Origin: a virus
DNA length: 64,000 nucleotides
Strand: one strand, 5' to 3'
IMG/VR virus record: IMGVR_UViG_3300033146_000244
Location: 1-64,000 of that record
The notes below the pieces were generated by a model. The model did not search any database. It was not told the origin of the DNA and saw only the letters and a list, made by a program, of their open reading frames with translations. The stretch's first letter is position 1; the number at the start of each line of letters is the position of its first letter. Both the position numbers and the translations under genes were made by a program. Below, piece after piece: positions 48,450-57,091 of this stretch.

Positions 48450-50618
48450 TTAAAATCTAACTCTAAGTAGTCTTGTATGGCTACCTTGTACTTTTATCAC
48501 TACAGAATCTTCTATCGTAGTGTTAAAGCCTATACCTGCTAATGGCTCGTTCACGTCACTTACTGGTATTTGTACCTGTTTTGTAAGTAGTCCTAGTGGT
48601 TTTCTTATTTCCATAAGGTCACTTCTAAGATTCTCTACATGGAAGCCTTTTAATGAGTTCTCTACCTTTACATTGTCTAAAATAAATAAAGCATGTTTGT
48701 TACCTACGCTGTTATCTTCCCAATGATTAGGGGTGTACGATACACATCTAACACCATGAAATTCATTTGTATCTAAATTCCATATTGTTTGTTGCTTGCA
48801 GTCTATAGTACTTTCCAAGTGGTCAATTATTGTAAATTTGTCTCCTTCCTTTATAAATGAAACCACGTCTATTATACTGCCATCACTAACAGCTTTATCG
48901 TATTTATAGTGTCTTATTTCTCCTGATAATTCCAATTCAAATTCAAAACCATTATTGTTATCACGTGTTTTGTAATTATGTACACACATAGTGTACTTAC
49001 CATCATTCATACTATCTACTGTTTTATAAGTAATATTTTCAACGGCTTTATAGTTTACAAAGCTAGGAGTTAGTACATCTACATCTAATAAGCACCCATC
49101 TGATAAAGTAGTACCCTTATGTTCATAACACACCTTCGGTAGATTAGGTCTTACTAAGTGTACATCGTAATCACAGTTGTTCCTACCCTCTCCCCAAGAC
49201 AGAGAACCTCTTATAACTGCTGCAATACTACCACCCAATTCCTTTACTCTTTCCGCTATTGCAGATATGCCAGTAAGGTTGTTTCTAAATGTCCAACTAA
49301 ATTTATTGTCCCAGCTAAACATGTTCTTAGCTGTCGCAACTGTCGGAGCAGTTATTGCCATAAACTTGTTAGCGTGTCTATGTTCTAATAATACTTGCAT
49401 CTGTGTTGTTGTAGGTACTATCTCAGATAGGAAGTCTTCATAACTTATCTCTATAACACCTTTTAAATCTAAGGTCTTACTTACTGCTGTTGGTTTTACC
49501 TTATCAAACAGTGTAATTGTTTTCTTTTTGTTAGATACGTGGTTTATAGCCGATAATGGCAAATCACTCATTGTAGCAATACGTCTTTCTAAGCTATCCA
49601 TTAAACCCTTTTCAGTAATAATCTTCTCAGCTAGCTGTAATTGTTTCTTAGTTACAGGAGCTACTGCATTCATGTAGTTTACAGGGTCTGCTATTTTGTT
49701 GTATTCGCTTACTATATCAGATAACGGGTATTCACCCTCTTCTATCTTCTTTAACGGTACTCCAATACTTTTGTTAGCTAATGTAGCTGTAATAGTATTT
49801 TCTGTAATACCGACTTTCCAACAGTACAGTGTTCTTTGTTCTTTTGTTTTTAATGTATTGTACTGTTTTTTAAGTATTATAAATCTCTCTATGTTTGCTA
49901 TAAACTTATCAGAGTTAATAAGTGACTTTTGATTAATTAAGTCTAGTGCTAACTCTAATGTGTCTATACTAAGCAGTTTAAGTCCTTTCTCAAATACTTG
50001 TACAGTTGATACCTGTACTGAGTTGTATGCAGCCATAGAACCACTTATTATATAAGCGGCGGGTATGTCTAAGTAGAAATGATTATACTCCTTTGTATCA
50101 CCTATCTTAAATAACTTGCTTGTAGGATGTTTCATTATATCCTCCTTCGTATACATTACTATGTTATTTTTTTTACCTACTCTGTAAGCACCTTTAATTT
50201 TCTTATACTGTAGTTCGTTCTTACCTCCTTTCTTTGTTGATGATAGGCTTTTTAGGTAGTCTATATCTTCTACAAACACACCTGATATTGGTAACGTCTT
50301 TATGTACTTATCCATCTTACTTGCTACTTCTCCGTATGTTCCATCTACACCATCTACTTTCCAAATAGTCTCTATTTCGTTATTGCCATTTATGGCTACG
50401 ATGTTACCAAATTGACGTAACGTATGCTTACAAGCCATACAATTATGTTTGGTACTCTCTGGGTCTCTCCAAATTTTATCAGTACCTGTTGGGTATGACC
50501 TTAGATATTTCTTCCATGCCTGTTTTTTATTCATGTCCACTATGTACAAGTTTCCGTACTTAGAGCATAGCTCATTGAATCTTTTATTTACTGCGTCTGC
50601 TAATATTTTAAATTGCAT
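48450..50618 (-). CDS. Large phage protein with HNCxxC motif and YfaP-like C-terminal domain
   Basis: HNCMACK, DPVNY, LSW...DYDVH, LDVD, AVENI, PNHW, GNKH. Confidence 0.6.
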   Translation of the reverse strand: MQFKILADAVNKRFNELCSKYGNLYIVDMNKKQAWKKYLRSYPTGTDKIWRDPESTKHNCMACKHTLRQFGNIVAINGNNEIETIWKVDGVDGTYGEVASKMDKYIKTLPISGVFVEDIDYLKSLSSTKKGGKNELQYKKIKGAYRVGKKNNIVMYTKEDIMKHPTSKLFKIGDTKEYNHFYLDIPAAYIISGSMAAYNSVQVSTVQVFEKGLKLLSIDTLELALDLINQKSLINSDKFIANIERFIILKKQYNTLKTKEQRTLYCWKVGITENTITATLANKSIGVPLKKIEEGEYPLSDIVSEYNKIADPVNYMNAVAPVTKKQLQLAEKIITEKGLMDSLERRIATMSDLPLSAINHVSNKKKTITLFDKVKPTAVSKTLDLKGVIEISYEDFLSEIVPTTTQMQVLLEHRHANKFMAITAPTVATAKNMFSWDNKFSWTFRNNLTGISAIAERVKELGGSIAAVIRGSLSWGEGRNNCDYDVHLVRPNLPKVCYEHKGTTLSDGCLLDVDVLTPSFVNYKAVENITYKTVDSMNDGKYTMCVHNYKTRDNNNGFEFELELSGEIRHYKYDKAVSDGSIIDVVSFIKEGDKFTIIDHLESTIDCKQQTIWNLDTNEFHGVRCVSYTPNHWEDNSVGNKHALFILDNVKVENSLKGFHVENLRSDLMEIRKPLGLLTKQVQIPVSDVNEPLAGIGFNTTIEDSVVIKVQGSHTRLLRVRF

Positions 50619-50891
50619 AGTTGTATTTATTAAATTGTAATACCATTATTAGTATTTAGCGCCATATCTACATGTTATTGTAGGGTTAGGTCATATCTAT
50701 AAGATACGTAACATATCACTATGCTATCTGCTTGACACATGTTTAGGTTGTTGTCTTACTTACCTTGTCAATGGTAACAACCTATTTATAGTTTCCTATA
50801 AATCTTTATACTTGCCGTAAAGGATTCATCAGCCTTACTTACTATTCTTTAATATTCTATTACTACCGTTACACGGTAGCCCCTGTGTAAA

Positions 50892-51251
50892 TTAGATGCT
50901 GCCTAGAAACTCTTTATAATCCCTAAGTGCCGTTTTAACTGTCTTTACTGGCACTTCACAACGTCCTAAGTACCTTTTGAGGTCTTTCTTATTCTGTGCG
51001 TACATTGCACCTTTGATTACATAACTTTCTAAGAGGAGAAAGCGTGTATTAACTACTACCGAATCCTCACTCTTTATAGATGTCATCGGCATTATTATCA
51101 GTTGGTGCTTATCAGCGGACTCCTTGATAACAAGAGCTGGTCGTTTCTTCCCATGATACTCTGCAATTACCACATCGCCTCGTTTAAACTCTGTTATAGC
51201 AATGCTGAGGTCGCTATACTGTTTGTTTTTATTTATTAGTTTTTTAGACAT
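50892..51251 (-). CDS. PemK/MazF-like fold protein
   Basis: KRGDVV......KKRPALVI........IIMPMTS. Confidence 0.6.
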   Translation of the reverse strand: MSKKLINKNKQYSDLSIAITEFKRGDVVIAEYHGKKRPALVIKESADKHQLIIMPMTSIKSEDSVVVNTRFLLLESYVIKGAMYAQNKKDLKRYLGRCEVPVKTVKTALRDYKEFLGSI

Positions 51252-51460
51252 GTTGTTTTTTTTTATTCGTCTGCTATTAGTATTTTATAAAGAATCGTAT
51301 AGTATGTTAGTGCGATTACGTATAGTAGTATTGTATTATTATAATTGTTAGTCCTATCATAGAACTTAATACTGTATGCACTACCTACTGGTACTATTAT
51401 TAGATATTTTATGTCTGTTTGTTGCTATGTTGTTAAACTACCAGTGCAATGTAGTAGGTG

Positions 51461-51496
51461 CAAAACGCAGCAAATGATTTACATTTACACTGGGGG
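51461..51496 (-). repeat. Dispersed motif copy 6 (only intergenic copy)
   Basis: Minus strand CCCCCAGTGTAAAT, 12 nt, then CTGCGTTTTG. Confidence 0.85.
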
Positions 51497-51525
51497 ATTA
51501 GTTGAACTTAAATATGGTTAGTCAC

Positions 51526-51897
51526 TTAGGGTTTATTATAAAATATATAGAACTCTCTAACTCTATCTATTTCAATAAAGTTTACTCCTATGTACACGTA
51601 AACTCTTTCCTTACCGTTCATTATGTATTGGTACTTGTAGGCTTTTCCTATTGGGTAGTCTGGTAAGTATACTCCTTTAACACCCGCCAGTTTATAAGTA
51701 TCTGTACCTTCATTGTATGAGATAATCATATTGTTATAGCTATCTACATCTACAACTACTGGTGTGTTTAATGTATACAAGAATGGGTACTCCTCACTCA
51801 TAGAGTATACATCAATAGCATTGTATGTCTCTACTACCTGTGCTTGTAATGTTATTGTTGTTATAAGCAATCCTAAAATGATTATTAATTTTTCCAT
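51526..51897 (-). CDS. Exported protein
   Basis: Signal peptide MEKLIIILGLLITTITLQA|Q. Confidence 0.65.
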   Translation of the reverse strand: MEKLIIILGLLITTITLQAQVVETYNAIDVYSMSEEYPFLYTLNTPVVVDVDSYNNMIISYNEGTDTYKLAGVKGVYLPDYPIGKAYKYQYIMNGKERVYVYIGVNFIEIDRVREFYIFYNKP

Positions 51898-51919
51898 ACT
51901 ATTTGTTTATTAATTATTA

Positions 51920-52297
51920 TTATTGCATATTTATACCTACTATACGTTTGTATAGCTTGTTTCTATTATATTCTAATTTACATCGTGCTATTGTTCTGAT
52001 AGTTCTATTATATACGTCGTTATAATACAGTGTCTCATTACAAAGTTCGTTATACTGTGTTTCTTCTTCTTCTATCTCCTCTGCTTCATCTACTGCTACT
52101 AGTAGAGTCACTAACTCTGCACGCATACCACGAGTAGCGTGTAAGTAACCTTCTTCACTATGTGAGCACTTGTAATAATTAATAGCTTCTTCTAAGCTGT
52201 TAATTCTATCTACTACATCTTGCATAGTTGTGACTGTTACGTCATTTCTATCTTGGTAGAATGACCTACCGTCTGAATCCATTGCTGATTGTCCCAT
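51920..52297 (-). CDS. Hypothetical protein
   Basis: 125-aa ORF with AT-rich leader. Confidence 0.6.
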   Translation of the reverse strand: MGQSAMDSDGRSFYQDRNDVTVTTMQDVVDRINSLEEAINYYKCSHSEEGYLHATRGMRAELVTLLVAVDEAEEIEEEETQYNELCNETLYYNDVYNRTIRTIARCKLEYNRNKLYKRIVGINMQ

Positions 52298-52398
52298 TTG
52301 TTGTTGTTTTAATTGGTTAATATTTAGTAGCTGCTTTATAGTAGTTCCTTTTTGTGCCAGATACCTATCTAAGAGGTATTTAACTGTGATGTCTTTAT

Positions 52399-53133
52399 TT
52401 ACTTACTATTATACTTGTTAAATACTTCTGTGTCTATCTGCACCATTAATTTATTAAAATGCTTTAAGTGTTTTCCTCTTCTGCTTGTTACCGATGCCAT
52501 GTTTATTACCTTGTTGAAGTATTCTATGAGCATCTCTCTTTCGTTCATTGATAATACAGTACTGTTACCAGCAGCGCACTGTCTAGCTGTGCAGCTTGGA
52601 GGTATTGGTCTATTATACGTATTCATTATACATGTGTCGCAGTTATCACCTGCTTTGTCGCATAGTTTGCACGTACTCCATGATAATTCGTGTGTATATA
52701 GTATGTATTCTCTTCTGGTGGCTACTAAGGCTTTTATCCAACCTTTATTTTTTATAGTATCTAGTAGTTCAAATATATTATACACTTCATTATCTATTTT
52801 GTTTAATGCTATGCCCATAATAGAATTGGGTGTATAGCTTTCTTCTGATTCTATACCATGTGTGTCCACATATTCAATAATGCGAGTGTAGTACTCTATT
52901 ATCCTGTTTGTTGCTTTTGTATCCATTTCTTCGCTAGCACCTCCTACACAATGTCGTACAAGACAACCATTATCGTAGTTGTGTACTTTAAATATACATT
53001 TATCACAAGCACCTCCAACAAGTGCGCACATTTTACAGTAGTCTTTATCAAACATATGTGTTTTCTTTTTATACTCTTTTAAAGTAGCTCTCATTGCTTT
53101 GAGGGTATCTCTGGTTATTTTATTGTGTTTCAT
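52399..53133 (-). CDS. Protein with two tandem Cys-rich domains
   Basis: CKMC...ACDKCI...CLVRHC and CKLC...NCDTCI...CTARQC. Likely start MKHNK at 53133. Confidence 0.7.
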   Translation of the reverse strand: MKHNKITRDTLKAMRATLKEYKKKTHMFDKDYCKMCALVGGACDKCIFKVHNYDNGCLVRHCVGGASEEMDTKATNRIIEYYTRIIEYVDTHGIESEESYTPNSIMGIALNKIDNEVYNIFELLDTIKNKGWIKALVATRREYILYTHELSWSTCKLCDKAGDNCDTCIMNTYNRPIPPSCTARQCAAGNSTVLSMNEREMLIEYFNKVINMASVTSRRGKHLKHFNKLMVQIDTEVFNKYNSK

Positions 53134-53147
53134 AGTGTTGTTTTGTT

Positions 53148-53762
53148 TTATTGTTGTTTGTATATGTGAATAAAAGTGTTGTAGTATTCTGGTGCTGTAT
53201 AATAGCCACACGTCTTCATATCTTTAAAGAATTGTAGAGGTGTCTTTGATTCGTGTAAAATTTTGTATCTATCTCTTTCAAAGAGATTATTAATTATGTA
53301 GCTTATAGCTTCGTGTTGATTATTAAAAGACATGAAGGATAGTTCCATAGGAGTTCTAACCCCATCGTAATACTCTACTGTGCTAATAGGGTCTTTACCT
53401 CCTTGTATTCCAAATGGGTTGTTTCTCTTGTTGTATAGGCTGTTGCTATAAGGGTGTCCTATGCTGTTGCTACTCTCAGAGACTGCAATTACTTGGATGC
53501 ACCTTATTAGTTCTTCATTTGATAGTTTGTAACTCTTACTTGCCTTATTTATTATGTGTGAGAATAAAGGGTAAGTTATTCTCATAACCTCTCCTCTTTG
53601 TCTTCCTGTGTAAGAGTTATTCCTAAGAATAGCATCAACAGCTTTTAAATTAATGACTGTACTACTGCTTTGTATTACAGTTCGGCAAGTTACTTTAACC
53701 TCTTCTTTATTATTGCTACCACCTAACAGTAGTAGCAATGTAATTAATAGTGTGTGTTTCAT
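53148..53762 (-). CDS. Second GH73-like hydrolase with signal sequence
   Basis: AVSESS, NNPFGIQ, FMSFNNQHEAI, GYYTAPEY; hydrophobic N-terminus. Confidence 0.7.
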   Translation of the reverse strand: MKHTLLITLLLLLGGSNNKEEVKVTCRTVIQSSSTVINLKAVDAILRNNSYTGRQRGEVMRITYPLFSHIINKASKSYKLSNEELIRCIQVIAVSESSNSIGHPYSNSLYNKRNNPFGIQGGKDPISTVEYYDGVRTPMELSFMSFNNQHEAISYIINNLFERDRYKILHESKTPLQFFKDMKTCGYYTAPEYYNTFIHIYKQQ

Positions 53763-53796
53763 GTGTGTTGTCTGCTGTTATTAACTTCAAGCTGTT

Positions 53797-54180
53797 CTAG
53801 TTGAATTTCCTATTGTGTTGTGCTACTTTGTCTTTATACTGACTATAGCATGACTGTTGTCTTAGCATCACTATATCTGCTTCGGTTGGTTCAGTATCAC
53901 CTATTACTAACCATGTTTGTCTGTTACCCTCTCTGTAATATTTAGATAGGTCTTCATAGTTGTCTGCTTCATCATCTATTATAAGATGTTCTCCTCCTCC
54001 TGGTTGTAATTCTTCTACATAACCTATAATGAACTTGGTTTGTTTTTCTCCTTTGTCTTTTATCACTTCTTCTGTAAGCAGTGGTAGTCTGTATGTATCA
54101 CCTGTTAGGGTAGATGCTACTACATTTCCTTCTACAAGGTAGTTATAACCACCTTTTATTTTTTGTATTGTTCCTATCAT
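53797..54180 (-). CDS. Hypothetical protein
   Basis: 127-aa ORF. Confidence 0.6.
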   Translation of the reverse strand: MIGTIQKIKGGYNYLVEGNVVASTLTGDTYRLPLLTEEVIKDKGEKQTKFIIGYVEELQPGGGEHLIIDDEADNYEDLSKYYREGNRQTWLVIGDTEPTEADIVMLRQQSCYSQYKDKVAQHNRKFN

Positions 54181-54209
54181 GGTTGTTTAGTTTTGTTTGT
54201 TTTTGTTAG

Positions 54210-54267
54210 TATTTGCGGGCTATACTATGTTATATTAGGTAGGTAGTTATTTGCGGGCTATACTATG
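54210..54267. repeat. 20-bp perfect direct repeat, two copies
   Basis: TATTTGCGGGCTATACTATG at 54210-54229 and 54248-54267. Confidence 0.9.
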
Positions 54268-54281
54268 GGACATAATTAAAA

Positions 54282-54334
54282 GACGTTACGGAGAGTGGTC
54301 AAGGTTTTACCCCATGCCGTCCCTCCGTATCGTC
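54282..54334 (-). terminator. Long hairpin followed by a U-tract on the minus strand
   Basis: Minus strand GACGATACGGAG...CTCCGTAACGTC then TTTT. Confidence 0.5.
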
Positions 54335-54348
54335 CCTATTCATTGTCC

Positions 54349-54747
54349 CTATTCATTAGCAGGTGCTAACAGCAAGGCGTAAGAGAACTTGCTCTTAGTA
54401 TCTTTACTGTGTGCTGTTAAGTGTAACAGCATGTCCTCTGATGGTGTTATAGACATCTCTGTGAGATTTCCTTCAAGAGCTACACCATTGCATGTAAAGC
54501 GAACATTGTTTTTAGCAGAGTCACTGAATCTAACTATGTAGGTATTACCACTGGTTAGTGGTAAAGATATAGACCAGTTGTTTTTAATGAGGTTTTGCTT
54601 AACATCGTCCCCTGCTAGGAAAATGTTGTTAGCATCAGTTGCTAATGTAAACTGATTGGACATACCTTGTCCATACGTGTTTGAAATACTAAGTAGTCCT
54701 GCTAGAACTATTAAAGCGATTGTTAATAACTGTGTATTGTTTTTCAT
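54349..54747 (-). CDS. Exported protein
   Basis: Signal peptide ...LIVLAGLLSISNTYG|Q; beta-rich mature part. Confidence 0.65.
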   Translation of the reverse strand: MKNNTQLLTIALIVLAGLLSISNTYGQGMSNQFTLATDANNIFLAGDDVKQNLIKNNWSISLPLTSGNTYIVRFSDSAKNNVRFTCNGVALEGNLTEMSITPSEDMLLHLTAHSKDTKSKFSYALLLAPANE

Positions 54748-55067
54748 CGTATTTGGAAATTAAAAGGTTACAGTATTAAGGATTAACTGTTAGCTCCTGT
54801 TTGTATTACGATAGGTTACATAGTGTAGTTTCTATCGTTCTTCTCGTCGTTCAGCGTATCTACGTCGGTGAACTGTTTTTCTTCTATCGTTAAGGAGTCG
54901 TGTTTTACGCTAGTTAATTGTGTCATAGTATTGTTTTATGAGTGGTTTGTATTAGTAGTTAATTACTACCAGCTTAGTAGTAAGCTGAACAATGCTTAGG
55001 TATTGCTGGTAGTTGTATTGTAGTAATTACCCGATTTTTGATAGCTCGGGTAAGGCTATTGTTTGAT

Positions 55068-55919
55068 TTACATGGTAAATGCTTCGTTAGAGCTGCTTGT
55101 GAAGGATGCGAATGTTCTAACTTCACCGTGTTCTGCTCTTAACGCTTTTCTAGCATCAGTAAGCTCATCTTGTAAGATTTCAAGCATTATGGTTTCGGTG
55201 TCTTCGTCGTAATCACCTTCTTTAAGGCTTGCAACTTCTAACGCATGCTCTCTAAGCAATTCAGCGTTAGTAGTGCTTTTAGCTCGTATCTTTGACAAGT
55301 CAAAGTTTAACACGATTTGAGAGTGTTCTCTAACATTGTCAGTTCCACTAATAGCATCTCCTTTGAGTCCTGCTTCAAACGCTAGTGTTATTACCTGTCC
55401 CTCTTTAAGGTTCATTTTACGTACAATGCTTGCAGGTAGAGTAATTTTAACTGTCCTTTTACCCGTTACTGCATTACTGATAGCACCGTAGTTTAGTTCG
55501 GTAACACCTCTGTTGATATACGTAGCTTTCTCCATTCTTTCAAATGTTACAGCATCGTGAGGTAGAATACTATCGCAGAACTCTACCCAGTCAATACTTT
55601 GACCGATAAGGGTAATGTTATAAAAGGCACGATACATATCTTCCACAGCATCCTGCTTATACATCTTTGCGACTTTGACAACTACTGTCTTAGGTTTACG
55701 ACTACTTTGTGGATTACTCAAACTTTCGTAATACTCCGCAATCTGCAATGTTGTATAACCAGCGTTAGTAAGTGCACTGTCAAACACAGGACGTTCTTGT
55801 GCGTTAGGCATAGCTCCGTCGGCTAAGTTGAACTCTTCACGTAATTCTTTCATATTCTTTACTGGTACGGCTACATCAGAATATCCTTGTATTAATACTG
55901 CTCTGTTAAAATCTTGCAT
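55068..55919 (-). CDS. Hypothetical protein, first gene of the leftward arm
   Basis: 283-aa ORF adjacent to the non-coding region. Confidence 0.75.
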   Translation of the reverse strand: MQDFNRAVLIQGYSDVAVPVKNMKELREEFNLADGAMPNAQERPVFDSALTNAGYTTLQIAEYYESLSNPQSSRKPKTVVVKVAKMYKQDAVEDMYRAFYNITLIGQSIDWVEFCDSILPHDAVTFERMEKATYINRGVTELNYGAISNAVTGKRTVKITLPASIVRKMNLKEGQVITLAFEAGLKGDAISGTDNVREHSQIVLNFDLSKIRAKSTTNAELLREHALEVASLKEGDYDEDTETIMLEILQDELTDARKALRAEHGEVRTFASFTSSSNEAFTM

Positions 55920-57091
55920 AATATATAATTATTAAAAGTTTATACTCCGCTTAATACACATTCAGTTTTACGATGCTATGTAAATTGTATATGTATTTGC
56001 ATTCCCTATCAGATTTAATAGGGGGGTAGTGTAATGCAATATTCCGAAAAGGTCGCAAGCTAAGGGTAGGTAACCCACACATCTCCTCTCAACAAACAAT
56101 CCAAACCCAACTACTTAATAAAAAATTTTTTAAAAAAATTCTAAACCCCTAACACACCAACCTTAGTAACAACCACTCCTAAACAACTATATTTCCCTAA
56201 ACCTTCATAACTAATCTACCAACCACTTTATCACCAATTACCAAACAACATTACACTACCCTATAAAAACTCTAAGCACAACTACCCTGCACTTAATAAA
56301 TTCAAACAGCCTTACACTACGACACTACATTTTTACTCAATGTTATAGTGTAGTTGTTTTTAATTGCTTATTACCACCGCCTATTATAGAAAAAACACAA
56401 CACCACATCTGTTACAATACTCTTGTTACCACACGCTTTAAACATGTTTATACCTTATATTTTTATATAACGTACCTTCCTTAACGTATTTTTTATACTT
56501 ACTTATTTAAGCAGACATTACCAATTATGAAGATAGCTGTACTACATCATTATTTTAATACAGTCACTATATAACGATTGTAACTAACTACTACTTCTAA
56601 TACACATACTGTATCATCAAGTTTATTCACTTTTACACTTTTAAGAGGTACACCTAATACAATTACACAAATAATATGTTAAAAATTGTTAAAGATTGTT
56701 AAAATACTCTGATATATTTGGAAATGTTAAAAATAAACGGTAACTTTGCTAAAATAAACAACTAAAGAAAATATTAATATAAATACGGAGTAAATAACTA
56801 ATACTACTACACTACGATATTAATAATTACATACTTAAATAAAACTTACTTAATATATAACACTATTATAATAAGTAATACTTAGATAATACTTAAATAG
56901 AATACTAGTTTATATATAACAGTATTATAATAAATAGTACTTATATAAAGTATTAGTTTATATATTAAGGTAGATATTTTTAACTACCTATTATGTATCT
57001 TCGTATATAACACACGTGTTATAATTACTAGCTACTTTAACGTATATCTGTAATTAACGTGTACGTCAAGTAATAATTAATAACACATTCA
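55920..57091. other. Non-coding divergence region (candidate origin or genome terminus)
   Basis: No ORF of 60 aa or more; coding strand switches here. G-poor tract around 56070-56330, very AT-rich tract around 56760-57000. Confidence 0.6.
56717..56748 (+). promoter_or_regulatory. Bacteroidota sigma promoter for the packaging/head arm
   Basis: TTTG (56717-56720), 20-nt spacer, TAACTTTG (56741-56748). Confidence 0.75.

Noticed and set aside
909-49517. Partial motif matches (near 909, 10123, 18163, 46864, 49509)
   Set aside because: Only 7-9 matching bases, within chance expectation; not counted as copies.
22691-55826. Plus-strand ORFs within the minus-strand arm (e.g. 27093-27572, 32380-32856, 33303-33536)
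   Set aside because: Antisense shadows of well-supported genes.
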